DNA of 64,000 bases from Dehalococcoidia bacterium (GTDB lineage: Bacteria; Chloroflexota; Dehalococcoidia; Dehalococcoidales; W498): assembly GCA_011191875.1 (NCBI GenBank), contig DUFC01000029.1:2660-66659 (forward strand), read 5' to 3'. Shown in pieces: positions 46,168 through 55,201 of this stretch. The first letter of the stretch is position 1. The number at the start of each line of letters is the position of its first letter. The position numbers and the translations under genes were made by a program. The notes under the pieces are model-generated. The model worked only from the letters and a program-made list of their open reading frames with translations, made no database searches and was not told the origin of the DNA.

Positions 46168-46866
46168 GTGAGGCAATTTCGCATACTGGTAGTTGACGAC
46201 GAGGAACGGATCCTCAACTTCCTCAGATCAAAGCTTAAAGCTTCAGGCTACGAGGTGCTTACCGCCAGCAATGGACTTGAGGGCCTGGAGCAGGTTGAGG
46301 CTCAAGAGCCTGAACTGATTGTGCTTGACCTCCTCATGCCTGAGATGGACGGCTTAGAGATGCTTAAGGAATTACGCAGTTTCTCAACAGTGCCGGTTAT
46401 TATTCTTACTGCCAAAGGTGCAGATGCTGACAGAATTAAAGGGCTCCAACTAGGAGCCGATGACTACCTGCCGAAGCCCTTCAACCCCGACGAACTGGTA
46501 GCTAGGATCGAGGCAATAAAGCGCCGGCTTAAACCTGGCGAGAGAAGTAAAACCCTAGAAGTTTTCGATTTAGGGTATGTAACCATCGATTTCAAGAAAC
46601 ATAGTGTGCTTGTCAGCGGTGAGGAAAAATACCTGACCCGAATCGAGTGGCTCTTACTTAGCCAGCTTGTCAACAATGCTGGCCGTCTTATGTTATACGA
46701 GGAACTACTCAGCCGGGTGTGGGGGCCGGAATACCGCGATGATGTCCAAATCCTCAGAACATGGATAAGTCGGCTGAGAAACAAGCTGGAAAGTGACCCC
46801 ACCAATCCTAAGTTAATTCGCACCATCCCCAAGACAGGCTACATCGTAGACCAGCCCTTAGCCTGA
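46168..46866 (+). CDS. OmpR/PhoB-family response regulator
   Basis: ..ILVVDDEE.., ..LDL.MPEMDG.., ..LTAKG.., winged-helix C-terminus ..LT..E..LL..L..N.G......LL..VWG......V..L...ISRLR.KLE........I.T.PK.GY. Confidence 0.9.
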   Translation: MRQFRILVVDDEERILNFLRSKLKASGYEVLTASNGLEGLEQVEAQEPELIVLDLLMPEMDGLEMLKELRSFSTVPVIILTAKGADADRIKGLQLGADDYLPKPFNPDELVARIEAIKRRLKPGERSKTLEVFDLGYVTIDFKKHSVLVSGEEKYLTRIEWLLLSQLVNNAGRLMLYEELLSRVWGPEYRDDVQILRTWISRLRNKLESDPTNPKLIRTIPKTGYIVDQPLA

Positions 46867-47007
46867 ACGGCTTCAATAAATCGCATCCAAGGAGGCTAAT
46901 ACCGTCGTTAACCTTTTCGCACGACACAGCCAATAATGTAATAATTTTGTAACTTTTTCTCCTTCCATTTTATGACTTCGTTATCGCTACCCCGCTATTA
47001 TTATTGG
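46795..47007. repeat. right arm of the ~215-bp inverted repeat (includes the authentic RR 3' end)
   Basis: See the left arm. The 44-nt perfect core at 46941-46984 is the reverse complement of 44020-44063. Confidence 0.85.
46941..47001 (+). promoter_or_regulatory. candidate outward promoter (toward pfpI-sod...) plus conserved 44-nt upstream core
   Basis: Core ATAATTTTGTAACTTTTTCTCCTTCCATTTTATGACTTCGTTAT; -35 TGACTT (46973-46978), 17-nt spacer, -10 TATTAT (46996-47001). Confidence 0.45.
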
Positions 47008-47160
47008 TGTAAGCGCTTTCAAGTAAGCCACTGGCAATAACAAGTGGACAGACTCCGTAGATAGAGGACGTGACATAGGAATGCTGAAACTTGTAGGGTG
47101 TACCAGGAATAGAAACAACCGTAATAAAGGTTATCAGACTAAGCAAGGGAGCTGAAGAGT

Positions 47161-47682
47161 ATGCTCGATGGGAAAAGGATTGCCATCCTGGCCGAAGAGG
47201 ACTTCGAGGACTCTGAACTTATCGAACCAATGAGGGCAATGAAGAATGCCGGTGCTAAAGTGCTGATCGTCGGCAGTGGTTCCAAGGAAACTTATAGAGG
47301 TAGAAGAGGCAGTGTCACTGTAAGCGTCGATGCTATGGCTGATAAGGTCAAGGCTGAGGATTTTAATGCTATCATTATACCTGGTGGTTACGCTGCTGAT
47401 AGAATGCGCTTGTACCAATCCATGGTTGAACTGGTGAGGAAGGCACATGAATTAGGTAAGGTGGTAGCGGCTATTTGCCATGGACCACAATTACTCATCT
47501 CAGCCGAAATAGTTAGAGGACACCGGGTTACCTCCTGGCCTTCGTTAATGGTAGACCTCAGAAACGCCGGCGCCGACTGGGTAGATACACCTGTAGCTCA
47601 AGATGGAAATATCATCACATCGCGCAAGCCAGCAGACCTACCAAGATTCAATAAAGCAATAATCGAAGCTCTGAGAGACTAG
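47161..47682 (+). CDS. DJ-1/PfpI-family protein (intracellular protease / deglycase type)
   Basis: ..KRIAIL..E.FED.EL..P.., ..IPGG.., nucleophile elbow ..AAICHGPQLL.., ..NIITSR.P.DLP.F. Confidence 0.85.
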   Translation: MLDGKRIAILAEEDFEDSELIEPMRAMKNAGAKVLIVGSGSKETYRGRRGSVTVSVDAMADKVKAEDFNAIIIPGGYAADRMRLYQSMVELVRKAHELGKVVAAICHGPQLLISAEIVRGHRVTSWPSLMVDLRNAGADWVDTPVAQDGNIITSRKPADLPRFNKAIIEALRD

Positions 47683-47721
47683 CCCTAGTTTATTCTAATG
47701 ATACCGAGAGGAGGAGAAAAA

Positions 47722-48300
47722 ATGGCTTACACAGCAAACGACTACAACAATCTCATCGGAATGGAGGGCTTCAGCGAAACCCTGTTGAAGAACCACTTCA
47801 CTCTCTACCAGGGCTATGTGACCAATACCAACAAGCTACTGGACCTACTTGCTACAGTGCTTGGAGAAGGGAAAATTGGTACTCCAGAATATTCTGAACT
47901 GAAGCGGCGGATGGGTTTCGAGTTTAATGGTATGCGGCTCCACGAGTACTACTTTGGTAACTTAGGTGAAAAAGTAGCTTTGGACAAAACGGGTAAGCTT
48001 GGTAGTAAGCTATCTGCAGATTTTGGTAGCTACGAAGACTGGGAAAAGGATTTCAAAGGCACAGGCACTATGCGCGGTATTGGCTGGGCTATACTGTATC
48101 AGGACAGTATCACTGGAAAGCTCCTGAATTTTTGGATTAATGAACACGAAACGGGTCATCCCGCCGGTTGCTTTCCCATTCTAGTAATGGATGTCTTTGA
48201 GCATGCCTACATCACCGATTATGGGCTGAAGCGAGTTGACTATATAGAAGCCTTTTTCAGGAATATAAATTGGGCTGTAGTGGAAAGCCGACTGCAATAA
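47722..48300 (+). CDS. Fe/Mn-family superoxide dismutase-like protein
   Basis: GAGGAGGAG SD before ATG 47722. ..LKNHFTLYQGYV.., ..FNGMRLHEYYF.., ..VMDVFEHAYITDYG.. (the D..EH metal-ligand motif). Confidence 0.8.
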   Translation: MAYTANDYNNLIGMEGFSETLLKNHFTLYQGYVTNTNKLLDLLATVLGEGKIGTPEYSELKRRMGFEFNGMRLHEYYFGNLGEKVALDKTGKLGSKLSADFGSYEDWEKDFKGTGTMRGIGWAILYQDSITGKLLNFWINEHETGHPAGCFPILVMDVFEHAYITDYGLKRVDYIEAFFRNINWAVVESRLQ

Positions 48301-48318
48301 GCGACTGTTTACCGGAAG
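48250..48318 (+). repeat. direct repeat A (last 15 codons of sod + 18 nt of 3' flank)
   Basis: By hand count, 59 of 69 nt are identical to 53869-53937. Confidence 0.8.
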
Positions 48319-48497
48319 AAGGCATCGAGAACTACCTGTATCTAGCGGTTACTAGCTTTGGTGTTTTCGCTGTTATCAAGACCGCAGGCGCTTTCATGAT
48401 TATAATAGGTATTACCCTCGGCATAACAGGTTACGCGTTATGGAGTATAGCCAGAGAAAAATCTGTCAAGAACAACTCATGGAGAAAGCTGTACTAA
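48270..48497 (+). CDS. possible small membrane protein (start unclear)
   Basis: The track ORF has a hydrophobic stretch ..YLYLAVTSFGVFAVIKTAGAFMIIIGITLGITGYALWSI... Its TTG start lies inside sod, and there is no convincing SD. Confidence 0.2.
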   Translation: MGCSGKPTAISDCLPEEGIENYLYLAVTSFGVFAVIKTAGAFMIIIGITLGITGYALWSIAREKSVKNNSWRKLY

Positions 48498-48508
48498 GAT
48501 AACTTGAA

Positions 48509-48730
48509 ATGGCTGAGATAAAGTTAGACTGCACAGGTGAAACTTGTCCGGTTCCTTTGGTTGAAGCCCGCAAGGCTTTGAGGAAAGCAAAGGAAGGCGA
48601 TGTCGTAGAAGTTATCGGAACACATCCCTCTTCCAAAAAGGAGATACCAATGGCTGTCAAAGCGCTGGGGCTGGAACTTATCGATGTGGAGGAGAAAGAC
48701 GGAGTTTGGAAGATAAGGATACAGAGGTAG
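48509..48730 (+). CDS. TusA/SirA-family sulfur-carrier protein
   Basis: MAEIKLDCTGETCPVPLVEARKAL......GDVVEV.. (CPxP motif). Confidence 0.8.
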   Translation: MAEIKLDCTGETCPVPLVEARKALRKAKEGDVVEVIGTHPSSKKEIPMAVKALGLELIDVEEKDGVWKIRIQR

Positions 48731-48745
48731 AAGGAGGAAGTAACT

Positions 48746-49168
48746 ATGGCTGATAAAGCTACCATAATAGTTCATAGCGGCGATATGGACAAGGTTTACA
48801 GTGCCCTTATAATAGCTAATGGGGGACTAGCAATGGGGATGGAAGTATCACTCTACTTCACTTTCTGGGGGCTCCAGCGTCTCAAGAAGGGAGGTCTTGA
48901 GAAGGGACCTCTCTCTAAGATGAACATGCTGGGCCTCGGCAAGTGGATGGTGAAGCGGAAGATGAAGAAGGCTGGAGTTGTTTCACTAGAGAAGATGATG
49001 CAGGACTTCGTGGAGCTAGGTGGCAAAATCCTTGCCTGTGACATGACCATAGAAATAATGGGGATAAAGGAAGAAGACCTCCAGAGGGATTTGATATCGG
49101 ATTACTGCGGAGTTGGAACTTACCTTAATGAAGCAAGGGAATCAAAAATAACCCTGTTCATCTCTTAG
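48746..49168 (+). CDS. DsrE/DsrF-like family protein
   Basis: ..KATIIVHSGDMDKVYSALIIANGGLAMGMEVSLYFTFWGL..L.. is typical of DsrE2/peroxiredoxin-like DsrE-family proteins encoded next to TusA. Confidence 0.65.
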   Translation: MADKATIIVHSGDMDKVYSALIIANGGLAMGMEVSLYFTFWGLQRLKKGGLEKGPLSKMNMLGLGKWMVKRKMKKAGVVSLEKMMQDFVELGGKILACDMTIEIMGIKEEDLQRDLISDYCGVGTYLNEARESKITLFIS

Positions 49169-49177
49169 GAGAAGGGA

Positions 49178-50353
49178 ATGTTGAACAGACCTGTTTACCT
49201 AGATAATGCAGCAGCCACCCGGCTGGACGAGCGGATACTCGAGGCGATGAGACCGTACTTCTTCGATATTTACGCCGTTGCCACCTCGGAATTTGGCTAT
49301 TCCCAAGGTATAGAAGCTCGTGAAGCCTTAGATGGCGCTAGAGAGGCTCTTGCTGCTACTCTGGGGGCAGCACCGGAAGAGTTCATTTTTACCTCGGGAA
49401 GTACCGAATCCTCAAATGTTGCCCTAAAAGGAGTGGCACTAGCTCTTGGTAAAAAGAAAGGTAAACACGTAATTGTCTCAAAAATCGAAGATTTCCCAGT
49501 ACTTAATAGCGCTAGAGCCCTTGAGAAGCAAGGGTTTCAGGTGACATATCTGGATGTAGATAGTGACGGTTTTGTGGACCTTGATAAACTCAGGGAATCT
49601 ATCACGAACGAAACCATTCTGGTCTCTATCCAGCATGCCAATCAGGAGATCGGCACCATCCAAGATATTAAAAATATCGGTCTCATCTGTCGTGAGAAGG
49701 GAGTGCTCTTTCACACTGATGCCACGCATACCTTCACCAGGGTTCCCCTTGATGTGAAGAAGATACCCGTGGACTTAATAACAGTGTCGGCACATACCAT
49801 CCACGGGCCAAAGGGCACAGGGGGACTTTACATCCGTAAGGGGACAAGCCTAGCCAAGTGGGTAGATGGGGGATTCCAGGAGTTCGACCTCCGGGCAGGG
49901 CTCGAAAACATACCCGGCGCGGTGGGTTTCGCTAAAGCGGTAGAACTGGTTACCACCCAGGAAACCGAGCAGATACAACTAGTGCGTGATCATGTTATAA
50001 GCCGCATACTTGCCGAGATACCTGATACCGTTCTCAATGGTCATCGCTGGAAGAGACTCCCGCAGAATGCCAATATTTCGTTCCACTTCATAGAGGGTGA
50101 ATCTATCACCCTGCATCTGGATATGCATGGTTTTGCCGTGAGCACTGGCTCCGCATGTTTCAGCCGCTCGTTAGAGGGTAGCCACGTTATCTTTGGCATT
50201 GGTGGTGACCACGAAAGGGCACACGGCTCAATTCGTTTTACCTTTGGGCGTTACAATACTATAGAAGACACCAACGCCCTGGTTAATACACTGGCTGAGG
50301 TGGTGCGGGAGCTTAGAAGTATCAGCCCGTTGGGCAAAGAGAAAAAAGAATAG
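49178..50353 (+). CDS. cysteine desulfurase (NifS/IscS class V aminotransferase)
   Basis: ..YLDNAATT-like (YLDNAAATRLD), ..FTSG.TES.N.., ..H.D..Q.., ..SAH..HGPKG.G.LY.., active-site ..STGSAC. Confidence 0.9.
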   Translation: MLNRPVYLDNAAATRLDERILEAMRPYFFDIYAVATSEFGYSQGIEAREALDGAREALAATLGAAPEEFIFTSGSTESSNVALKGVALALGKKKGKHVIVSKIEDFPVLNSARALEKQGFQVTYLDVDSDGFVDLDKLRESITNETILVSIQHANQEIGTIQDIKNIGLICREKGVLFHTDATHTFTRVPLDVKKIPVDLITVSAHTIHGPKGTGGLYIRKGTSLAKWVDGGFQEFDLRAGLENIPGAVGFAKAVELVTTQETEQIQLVRDHVISRILAEIPDTVLNGHRWKRLPQNANISFHFIEGESITLHLDMHGFAVSTGSACFSRSLEGSHVIFGIGGDHERAHGSIRFTFGRYNTIEDTNALVNTLAEVVRELRSISPLGKEKKE

Positions 50354-50364
50354 GAGGAATAGAG

Positions 50365-51000
50365 ATGAGATTCCCATATAGTGAAACTGTACTGGAACAC
50401 TTTCGCCACCCTCGTAATGTGGGCAAGATTGAGAATGCCGACGGGAAGGCAATAGAGGGTAGTCCAGCCTGCGGCGATATGGTGTCCGTATATATAAACG
50501 TTGACCCTAAGACAAATACCATCTCAGACGTTAAGTTCGAATCTTACGGTTGTGCTTCTAACATTGCCACCGGTTCTATCATTACCGAACTAGCCAAGGG
50601 AAAGACACTGGATGAGGCTAAGAAGATTACCTGGAAGGAAGCTTCAGAAGCCTTGGGAGGACTTCCCAAAATTAAGGCCCATTGCTCGGTGCTTGCTGTG
50701 GAGGGTTTACGTTCGGCTGTTGAAAACTATGAAGAGCGCCACGGTCTGGTTAAGGATAGAAAACCGACTACGGTAGAGACAGTGCGCAGACGCCTTAAGA
50801 AAGTCATGAACCCTATGGCTGGATTAGACCTGGTACGCACCAACTTGGTGCGAGATATTAATATAAAGAACGGAACTGTCCGAGTAGTCATCGACTTACC
50901 TCCAGACCACCAGTTTGCTTCGGCAATAAAAGAAGAGATAACAGAGAAAATAGAACCGCTCTGGGATGTGAAAGAAGTAGTGGTTGAATTTACGGAATAG
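50365..51000 (+). CDS. IscU/NifU-N scaffold domain fused to a DUF59 (SufT/MIP18-like) domain
   Basis: ..HF.HPRNVG.......G..GSPACGDM.., ..F.SYGCASNIA.., ..K.HCSVLA.., then ..VMNPMAGLDLV..NLVRDI.I..G.V.V.IDL. Confidence 0.8.
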   Translation: MRFPYSETVLEHFRHPRNVGKIENADGKAIEGSPACGDMVSVYINVDPKTNTISDVKFESYGCASNIATGSIITELAKGKTLDEAKKITWKEASEALGGLPKIKAHCSVLAVEGLRSAVENYEERHGLVKDRKPTTVETVRRRLKKVMNPMAGLDLVRTNLVRDINIKNGTVRVVIDLPPDHQFASAIKEEITEKIEPLWDVKEVVVEFTE

Positions 51001-51043
51001 AAGTCGGTAATAATTCAGGCCCATGTACGGTCCCGGGGATATA

Positions 51044-53536
51044 ATGGCTGAAAAGTCTACACTTAATAGTCAGAAATCAGAGAAGACTCATATTCACATA
51101 ACCGGAATGACTTGTACTACTTGTGCCGCCACCATCGAGAAGGGTCTAGTGGAGACACCTGGGGTAGAGCAGGTAAACGTGAGCTTCGCCTCAGAAAAGG
51201 CTTCTATAGAATATGACCCTTCCAAGGTAGACCTTGCTAAAATTAAGAATACTATCTCTCAAATAGGCTATGGGGTAGCTACTAAGAAATCTATCTTCCC
51301 TGTGGCCGGAATGACCTGTGCCTCCTGTGTCAGTCGGGTGGAGGAGGCTCTTACTAGCGTGCCAGGTGTAATTTCCGCCAGTGTTAATCTAGCCTCAGAG
51401 AAAGCCACTGTAGAATATGTTGAGGGGACAGAGCTAGGCGCTCTCAGACAGGCGGTAAAAGAAGCGGGCTATAAGTTAGGCTCAGAGGCAGAAACATTGG
51501 AAGATGTTACCACCGCTGCCCAGCGGGAGATTAGAACCATACGTAACAGGCTTATCCTAGCGGCTGTCCTAGCCAGCACAATCATGGCTCTAATGTGGAC
51601 TCCCTTTTTCGAGGGGAAGGCCTATCTGCTTTGGGCTCTGGCGACGCCGGTGCAGTTCTGGGCAGGCTGGCGATTTTATCGTGGGACTTGGGGAGCACTT
51701 AGGCACCGAACCGCCAACATGAATACCCTGATTGCTGTAGGCACTTCGGCTGCCTATCTTTACAGTATGATAGCTGTTCTCTTCCCTAGACTTTTTACCG
51801 CTGGCGAGCTGGAACCACATCTGTACTTCGATACCTCAGCCATGATTATTACCTTGATTCTACTTGGTCGTTTTCTGGAGGCTAGAGCCAGAGGACAGAC
51901 CTCGGCGGCAATAAAGAAGCTCATCGGTATGCAGCCGAAGACTGCTCTTGTTATCCGTGATGGCGAGGAGGGAGAAGTTCCTATTGAAGACGTTCAGGTT
52001 GGTGACCTCGTCTTGGTACGACCGGGGGAGCGAGTGCCCGTGGATGGTATTATTCGCCTGGGGTATTCCAGCACAGATGAGTCTATGATTACCGGGGAGA
52101 GCATCCCAGTGGAAAAGAAGGTGGGTGATAAGGTTATCGGTGCCACCATTAATAAGACAGGCAGTTTTCAATTAGAGGCGACCAAGGTAGGTAAAGACAC
52201 AACACTGGCTCAGATTATCCGATTGGTGGAGGAAGCGCAGGGAAGCAAGGCGCCTATTCAACGCCTAGCCGATGTCATCGCTAGTTTCTTCGTACCGATA
52301 GTGATTGGCATTGCTATCATTACCTTCATCATCTGGTACTCCGTGGGGCCAGATCCAGCCCTTACCTTTTCCCTCCTCAACTTTGTTGCTGTGCTTATTA
52401 TCGCCTGTCCCTGCGCGCTGGGACTGGCCACTCCAACCGCGATCATGGTAGGCACCGGCAAAGGAGCTGAGCATGGTATTCTTATCCGGAGTGCTGAGGC
52501 ACTGGAGAGGTCCCACCAAATAAGAACCGTGCTGCTTGACAAAACCGGCACTCTAACCCGGGGTGAACCCGAGGTAACCGATATCGTTGCTGTCCCAGCT
52601 TCTTCCCAGGAGGAGGTTCTTCGGCTGGCAGCCTCAGCTGAGCGTGATTCAGAGCATCCGCTCGGCGAGGCTATAGTCAAGGCGGCTCTGGAGAAGAGGT
52701 TAGAAGTATCTTCAACCAAAGACTTCAATGCCATCCCCGGACAAGGTGTCGAGGCTTCAGTGGCTAGGAAACACCTTTTGCTGGGTAACCTGACATTAAT
52801 AACGGATAGGGGTCTTTCTCTGAACGGATTGGGGGAAGAAGCAGAGCGCCTGTGGGAAAAGGGCAAGACAGTGATGTTTCTCGGGTTAGATAGCCAGGTA
52901 GTGGGAATCATTGCTCTGGCCGATACTCTCAAACCCAATGCCAGGGAGGTGTTGGAACAGCTACACAAGTTAGGAATTAAGGTAGTTATGCTTACCGGAG
53001 ACAATCGACGCACTGCTGAGGCTATTGCCCGAGAGGCAGGCATTGACGATGTTCTCGCCGAGGTGCTCCCAGAGCATAAAGCTCAGGAGGTAAAAAGGCT
53101 ACAAAATGAGGGAAAGGTAGTGGCAATGGTAGGTGATGGTATAAACGATGCCCCAGCACTGGTTCAGGCGGATGTGGGTATCGCTATCGGTACCGGCACT
53201 GATGTCGCCATAGAGACAGGAGACGTTACGCTGATTAGCGGTGATTTAGAAGGGATTGTAACCGCCATATCCCTGAGCAAGCACACCATGAAAACCATTA
53301 GGCAGAACCTCTTCTGGGCGTTTGCCTACAATACTACCCTTATCCCAGTGGCAGCAGGCGTATTATACCTCGCCTTCGGCCAAACCGGTGTACCCTCAGG
53401 GCTTCACTTTATTCTGGGCAAATATGGATTCCTGAATCCAATCCTAGCTGCGGCAGCAATGGCCGCTAGCTCTGTAACCGTCGTATTCAACTCACTCCGT
53501 CTAAGAAGGTTTAAGCCAGCCAAATTCATAGACTAA
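51044..53536 (+). CDS. copA: copper-translocating P1B-type ATPase with two N-terminal HMA domains
   Basis: GMTCTTCA and GMTCASCV; TGES; CPC ([12 protein letters not shown]); DKTGTLT; ..GDG.NDAPAL. Confidence 0.93.
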   Translation: MAEKSTLNSQKSEKTHIHITGMTCTTCAATIEKGLVETPGVEQVNVSFASEKASIEYDPSKVDLAKIKNTISQIGYGVATKKSIFPVAGMTCASCVSRVEEALTSVPGVISASVNLASEKATVEYVEGTELGALRQAVKEAGYKLGSEAETLEDVTTAAQREIRTIRNRLILAAVLASTIMALMWTPFFEGKAYLLWALATPVQFWAGWRFYRGTWGALRHRTANMNTLIAVGTSAAYLYSMIAVLFPRLFTAGELEPHLYFDTSAMIITLILLGRFLEARARGQTSAAIKKLIGMQPKTALVIRDGEEGEVPIEDVQVGDLVLVRPGERVPVDGIIRLGYSSTDESMITGESIPVEKKVGDKVIGATINKTGSFQLEATKVGKDTTLAQIIRLVEEAQGSKAPIQRLADVIASFFVPIVIGIAIITFIIWYSVGPDPALTFSLLNFVAVLIIACPCALGLATPTAIMVGTGKGAEHGILIRSAEALERSHQIRTVLLDKTGTLTRGEPEVTDIVAVPASSQEEVLRLAASAERDSEHPLGEAIVKAALEKRLEVSSTKDFNAIPGQGVEASVARKHLLLGNLTLITDRGLSLNGLGEEAERLWEKGKTVMFLGLDSQVVGIIALADTLKPNAREVLEQLHKLGIKVVMLTGDNRRTAEAIAREAGIDDVLAEVLPEHKAQEVKRLQNEGKVVAMVGDGINDAPALVQADVGIAIGTGTDVAIETGDVTLISGDLEGIVTAISLSKHTMKTIRQNLFWAFAYNTTLIPVAAGVLYLAFGQTGVPSGLHFILGKYGFLNPILAAAAMAASSVTVVFNSLRLRRFKPAKFID

Positions 53537-53553
53537 CCAAAGGAGGTGTCTCA

Positions 53554-53712
53554 ATGGCTATTGATCCAGTTTGCAAGATGGAGGTCGAGGAGAGCAAGGC
53601 AGCCGCTACCTCCGAGTACAAGGGAAAGAAATACTACTTCTGTGCCGTAGGTTGTAAGAAAGCCTTTGACCAAGACCCTGAGAAATACCTAGTCGCAGAA
53701 AGGAAGCTTTGA
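53554..53712 (+). CDS. YHS/TRASH-domain small metal-binding protein (52 aa)
   Basis: AGGAGG 7 nt upstream. MAIDPVCKMEVEESKAAATSEYKGKKYYFCAVGCKKAFDQDPEKYL. Confidence 0.7.
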   Translation: MAIDPVCKMEVEESKAAATSEYKGKKYYFCAVGCKKAFDQDPEKYLVAERKL

Positions 53713-53768
53713 CAACGTTATTGCCAAGACCTAAGATTATCCTAAGAATAGAAACTTAGGGGGTGCAT

Positions 53769-53879
53769 ATGACAAGTAAAAAGCACTTCACTACCGAAGA
53801 AGCCAAACGAATTGGCGAGGCCTTAGGTATTGATTGGAGCAAGTTCGATGTTGAGCAATATAGGATGGGCCTTTTTTAG
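53769..53879 (+). pseudogene. truncated DUF5661-like gene (first ~35 codons only)
   Basis: MTSKKHFTTEEAKRIGEALGIDWSKFDVEQYRMGL then a stop. As I recall the family, it continues ..VELEHG.., which is absent here. Confidence 0.45.
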
Positions 53880-53937
53880 GAACATAAACTGGAATGCAGT
53901 GGAAAGTCGACTGAAATAAGCGACTGAATACCGGAAG
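53869..53937 (+). pseudogene. direct repeat B = orphan 3' end of a sod gene (AFFRNINWNAVESRLK*) plus flank
   Basis: In the +1 frame relative to the DUF5661 fragment, with TAA at 53917-53919. Aligns with sod codons AFFRNINWAVVESRLQ* at 48250-48300. Confidence 0.7.
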
Positions 53938-53983
53938 GGGGGTACAAAAGGTTGAGGTTCACCATAAGTTAATGACATCTTCA

Positions 53984-55201
53984 TCAGCCTCGCCTCCACA
54001 CCCAGCTTTCAATAGTCAGCCCCAATATTAAAACAAACCCGGTAGCCAGTGCGGCTAATGTCCCAATCAGTGCCGGATGCATCCCCCCTTTTTCAATCGG
54101 TTGAGCCGGAATGATAACATAATCACGCCACAAAGCATCCAGACCATCCATATTAAAGCCATATACTTTGTCTAGGGCTTCATCGTAATCACTGCCCTGT
54201 TCGAAGATAAGAAGCAGCTCAAGCATCCTGTCCTGCCCATAACTATTAATAAGAAACTCCGCCAGACTATAACTCTGAGCATAGGAAAGTAAGGACTCCT
54301 CAGCATAAGCCGAAAAGGGACTTGATAAACTACGCACCGAGATAAGGCTATTTTCGGCTATTGCCTTATCAAGATAGGCTCTAAACACTGGAGCCAGCAG
54401 TCCCTCAGCATACATAGCCAAACCCTCATCAAGCCAGGTAGGCAGGTCATTATAGGGATTAAGGGTCATCTGATGTATGACCAGGTGTGCCAGCTCGTGA
54501 GCAATTGCTCTCTTTCCCCAGTTAATATCATCTGGGGTTATACCAATAGCTATAACACCATATCTGGTAAAAGCTACTCCTCCCGTCCACTCCTGAGGAT
54601 AAATCATAGCCCCCCGTAAATCTTGGGAATTAGCGTAGATATAGAGCTTGGCTGGTCTTTCAAGATAAGCACCAGTATCCTCAGCCAGCTTAGTCAGTGC
54701 TTGCTGAGCCGCAGCCATTAGCTCCTGAGCAAAGGACTCCTTCCCTTCATACCAATATATTGTTACCTTGCCTTCAGTTAAACTATGCCAGGAATAACGA
54801 GTGTCATCAAACTGAACTCGAATCGGAGCCGTCTCAACCTTGTTACCTCCAGCATTCTCCACTAGCCACCAATACTCCACACTAGCTCCAGAGGGTAAGC
54901 CGCCTATTCTCACCATTTCCAAAGCCCAACTAACATCAACCATAGTAGCCGGGACAAATTCAATATAGACCTCACTGATCACCTGGGCGTAGCTTACCCG
55001 GTCAACAGTATAACGAAGGCGAATATCAGTGATATTGACATCACTCTCGGCTGATAAATTAAAGATAAGCCTGGAAGGAAACTCTGCCTGAGCCGAGCTA
55101 TCTAGTATGGTTAACCCAGTCTGGGCTTGAACCAAGCCAGGACTCAATAAAACCAAGAGCAGCCAAAAAACTAAGGCTAATAGGCTGGTTTTCTTAATCA
55201 T
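53984..55201 (-). CDS. secreted/membrane-anchored peptidase MA-like (HExxH) protein
   Basis: N-terminal signal peptide, ..AIAHELAHLVIHQ.. zincin motif, C-terminal TM helix. Confidence 0.5.
   Translation of the reverse strand: MIKKTSLLALVFWLLLVLLSPGLVQAQTGLTILDSSAQAEFPSRLIFNLSAESDVNITDIRLRYTVDRVSYAQVISEVYIEFVPATMVDVSWALEMVRIGGLPSGASVEYWWLVENAGGNKVETAPIRVQFDDTRYSWHSLTEGKVTIYWYEGKESFAQELMAAAQQALTKLAEDTGAYLERPAKLYIYANSQDLRGAMIYPQEWTGGVAFTRYGVIAIGITPDDINWGKRAIAHELAHLVIHQMTLNPYNDLPTWLDEGLAMYAEGLLAPVFRAYLDKAIAENSLISVRSLSSPFSAYAEESLLSYAQSYSLAEFLINSYGQDRMLELLLIFEQGSDYDEALDKVYGFNMDGLDALWRDYVIIPAQPIEKGGMHPALIGTLAALATGFVLILGLTIESWVWRRG

Noticed and set aside
43998-47007. The inverted repeats as termini of a transposon carrying the two-component system
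   Set aside because: There is no transposase or recombinase inside and no target-site duplication flanking the arms. One arm is simply the 3' end and downstream region of the RR gene. Promoter duplication explains the data better, and inversion by homologous recombination is kept only as a secondary hypothesis.
52258-53043. 261-aa antisense ORF inside copA. Similar long shadow ORFs: 11639-12076 in tig, 36634-37101 in rbr, 43588-43935 in hsp20, 45774-46142 and 46464-46832 in the TCS genes, 40623-41009 in sufC.
   Set aside because: All lie antisense to strongly recognisable genes and have low-complexity, Ser/Arg/Pro-rich or otherwise unrecognisable translations with no SD. These are typical shadow ORFs.
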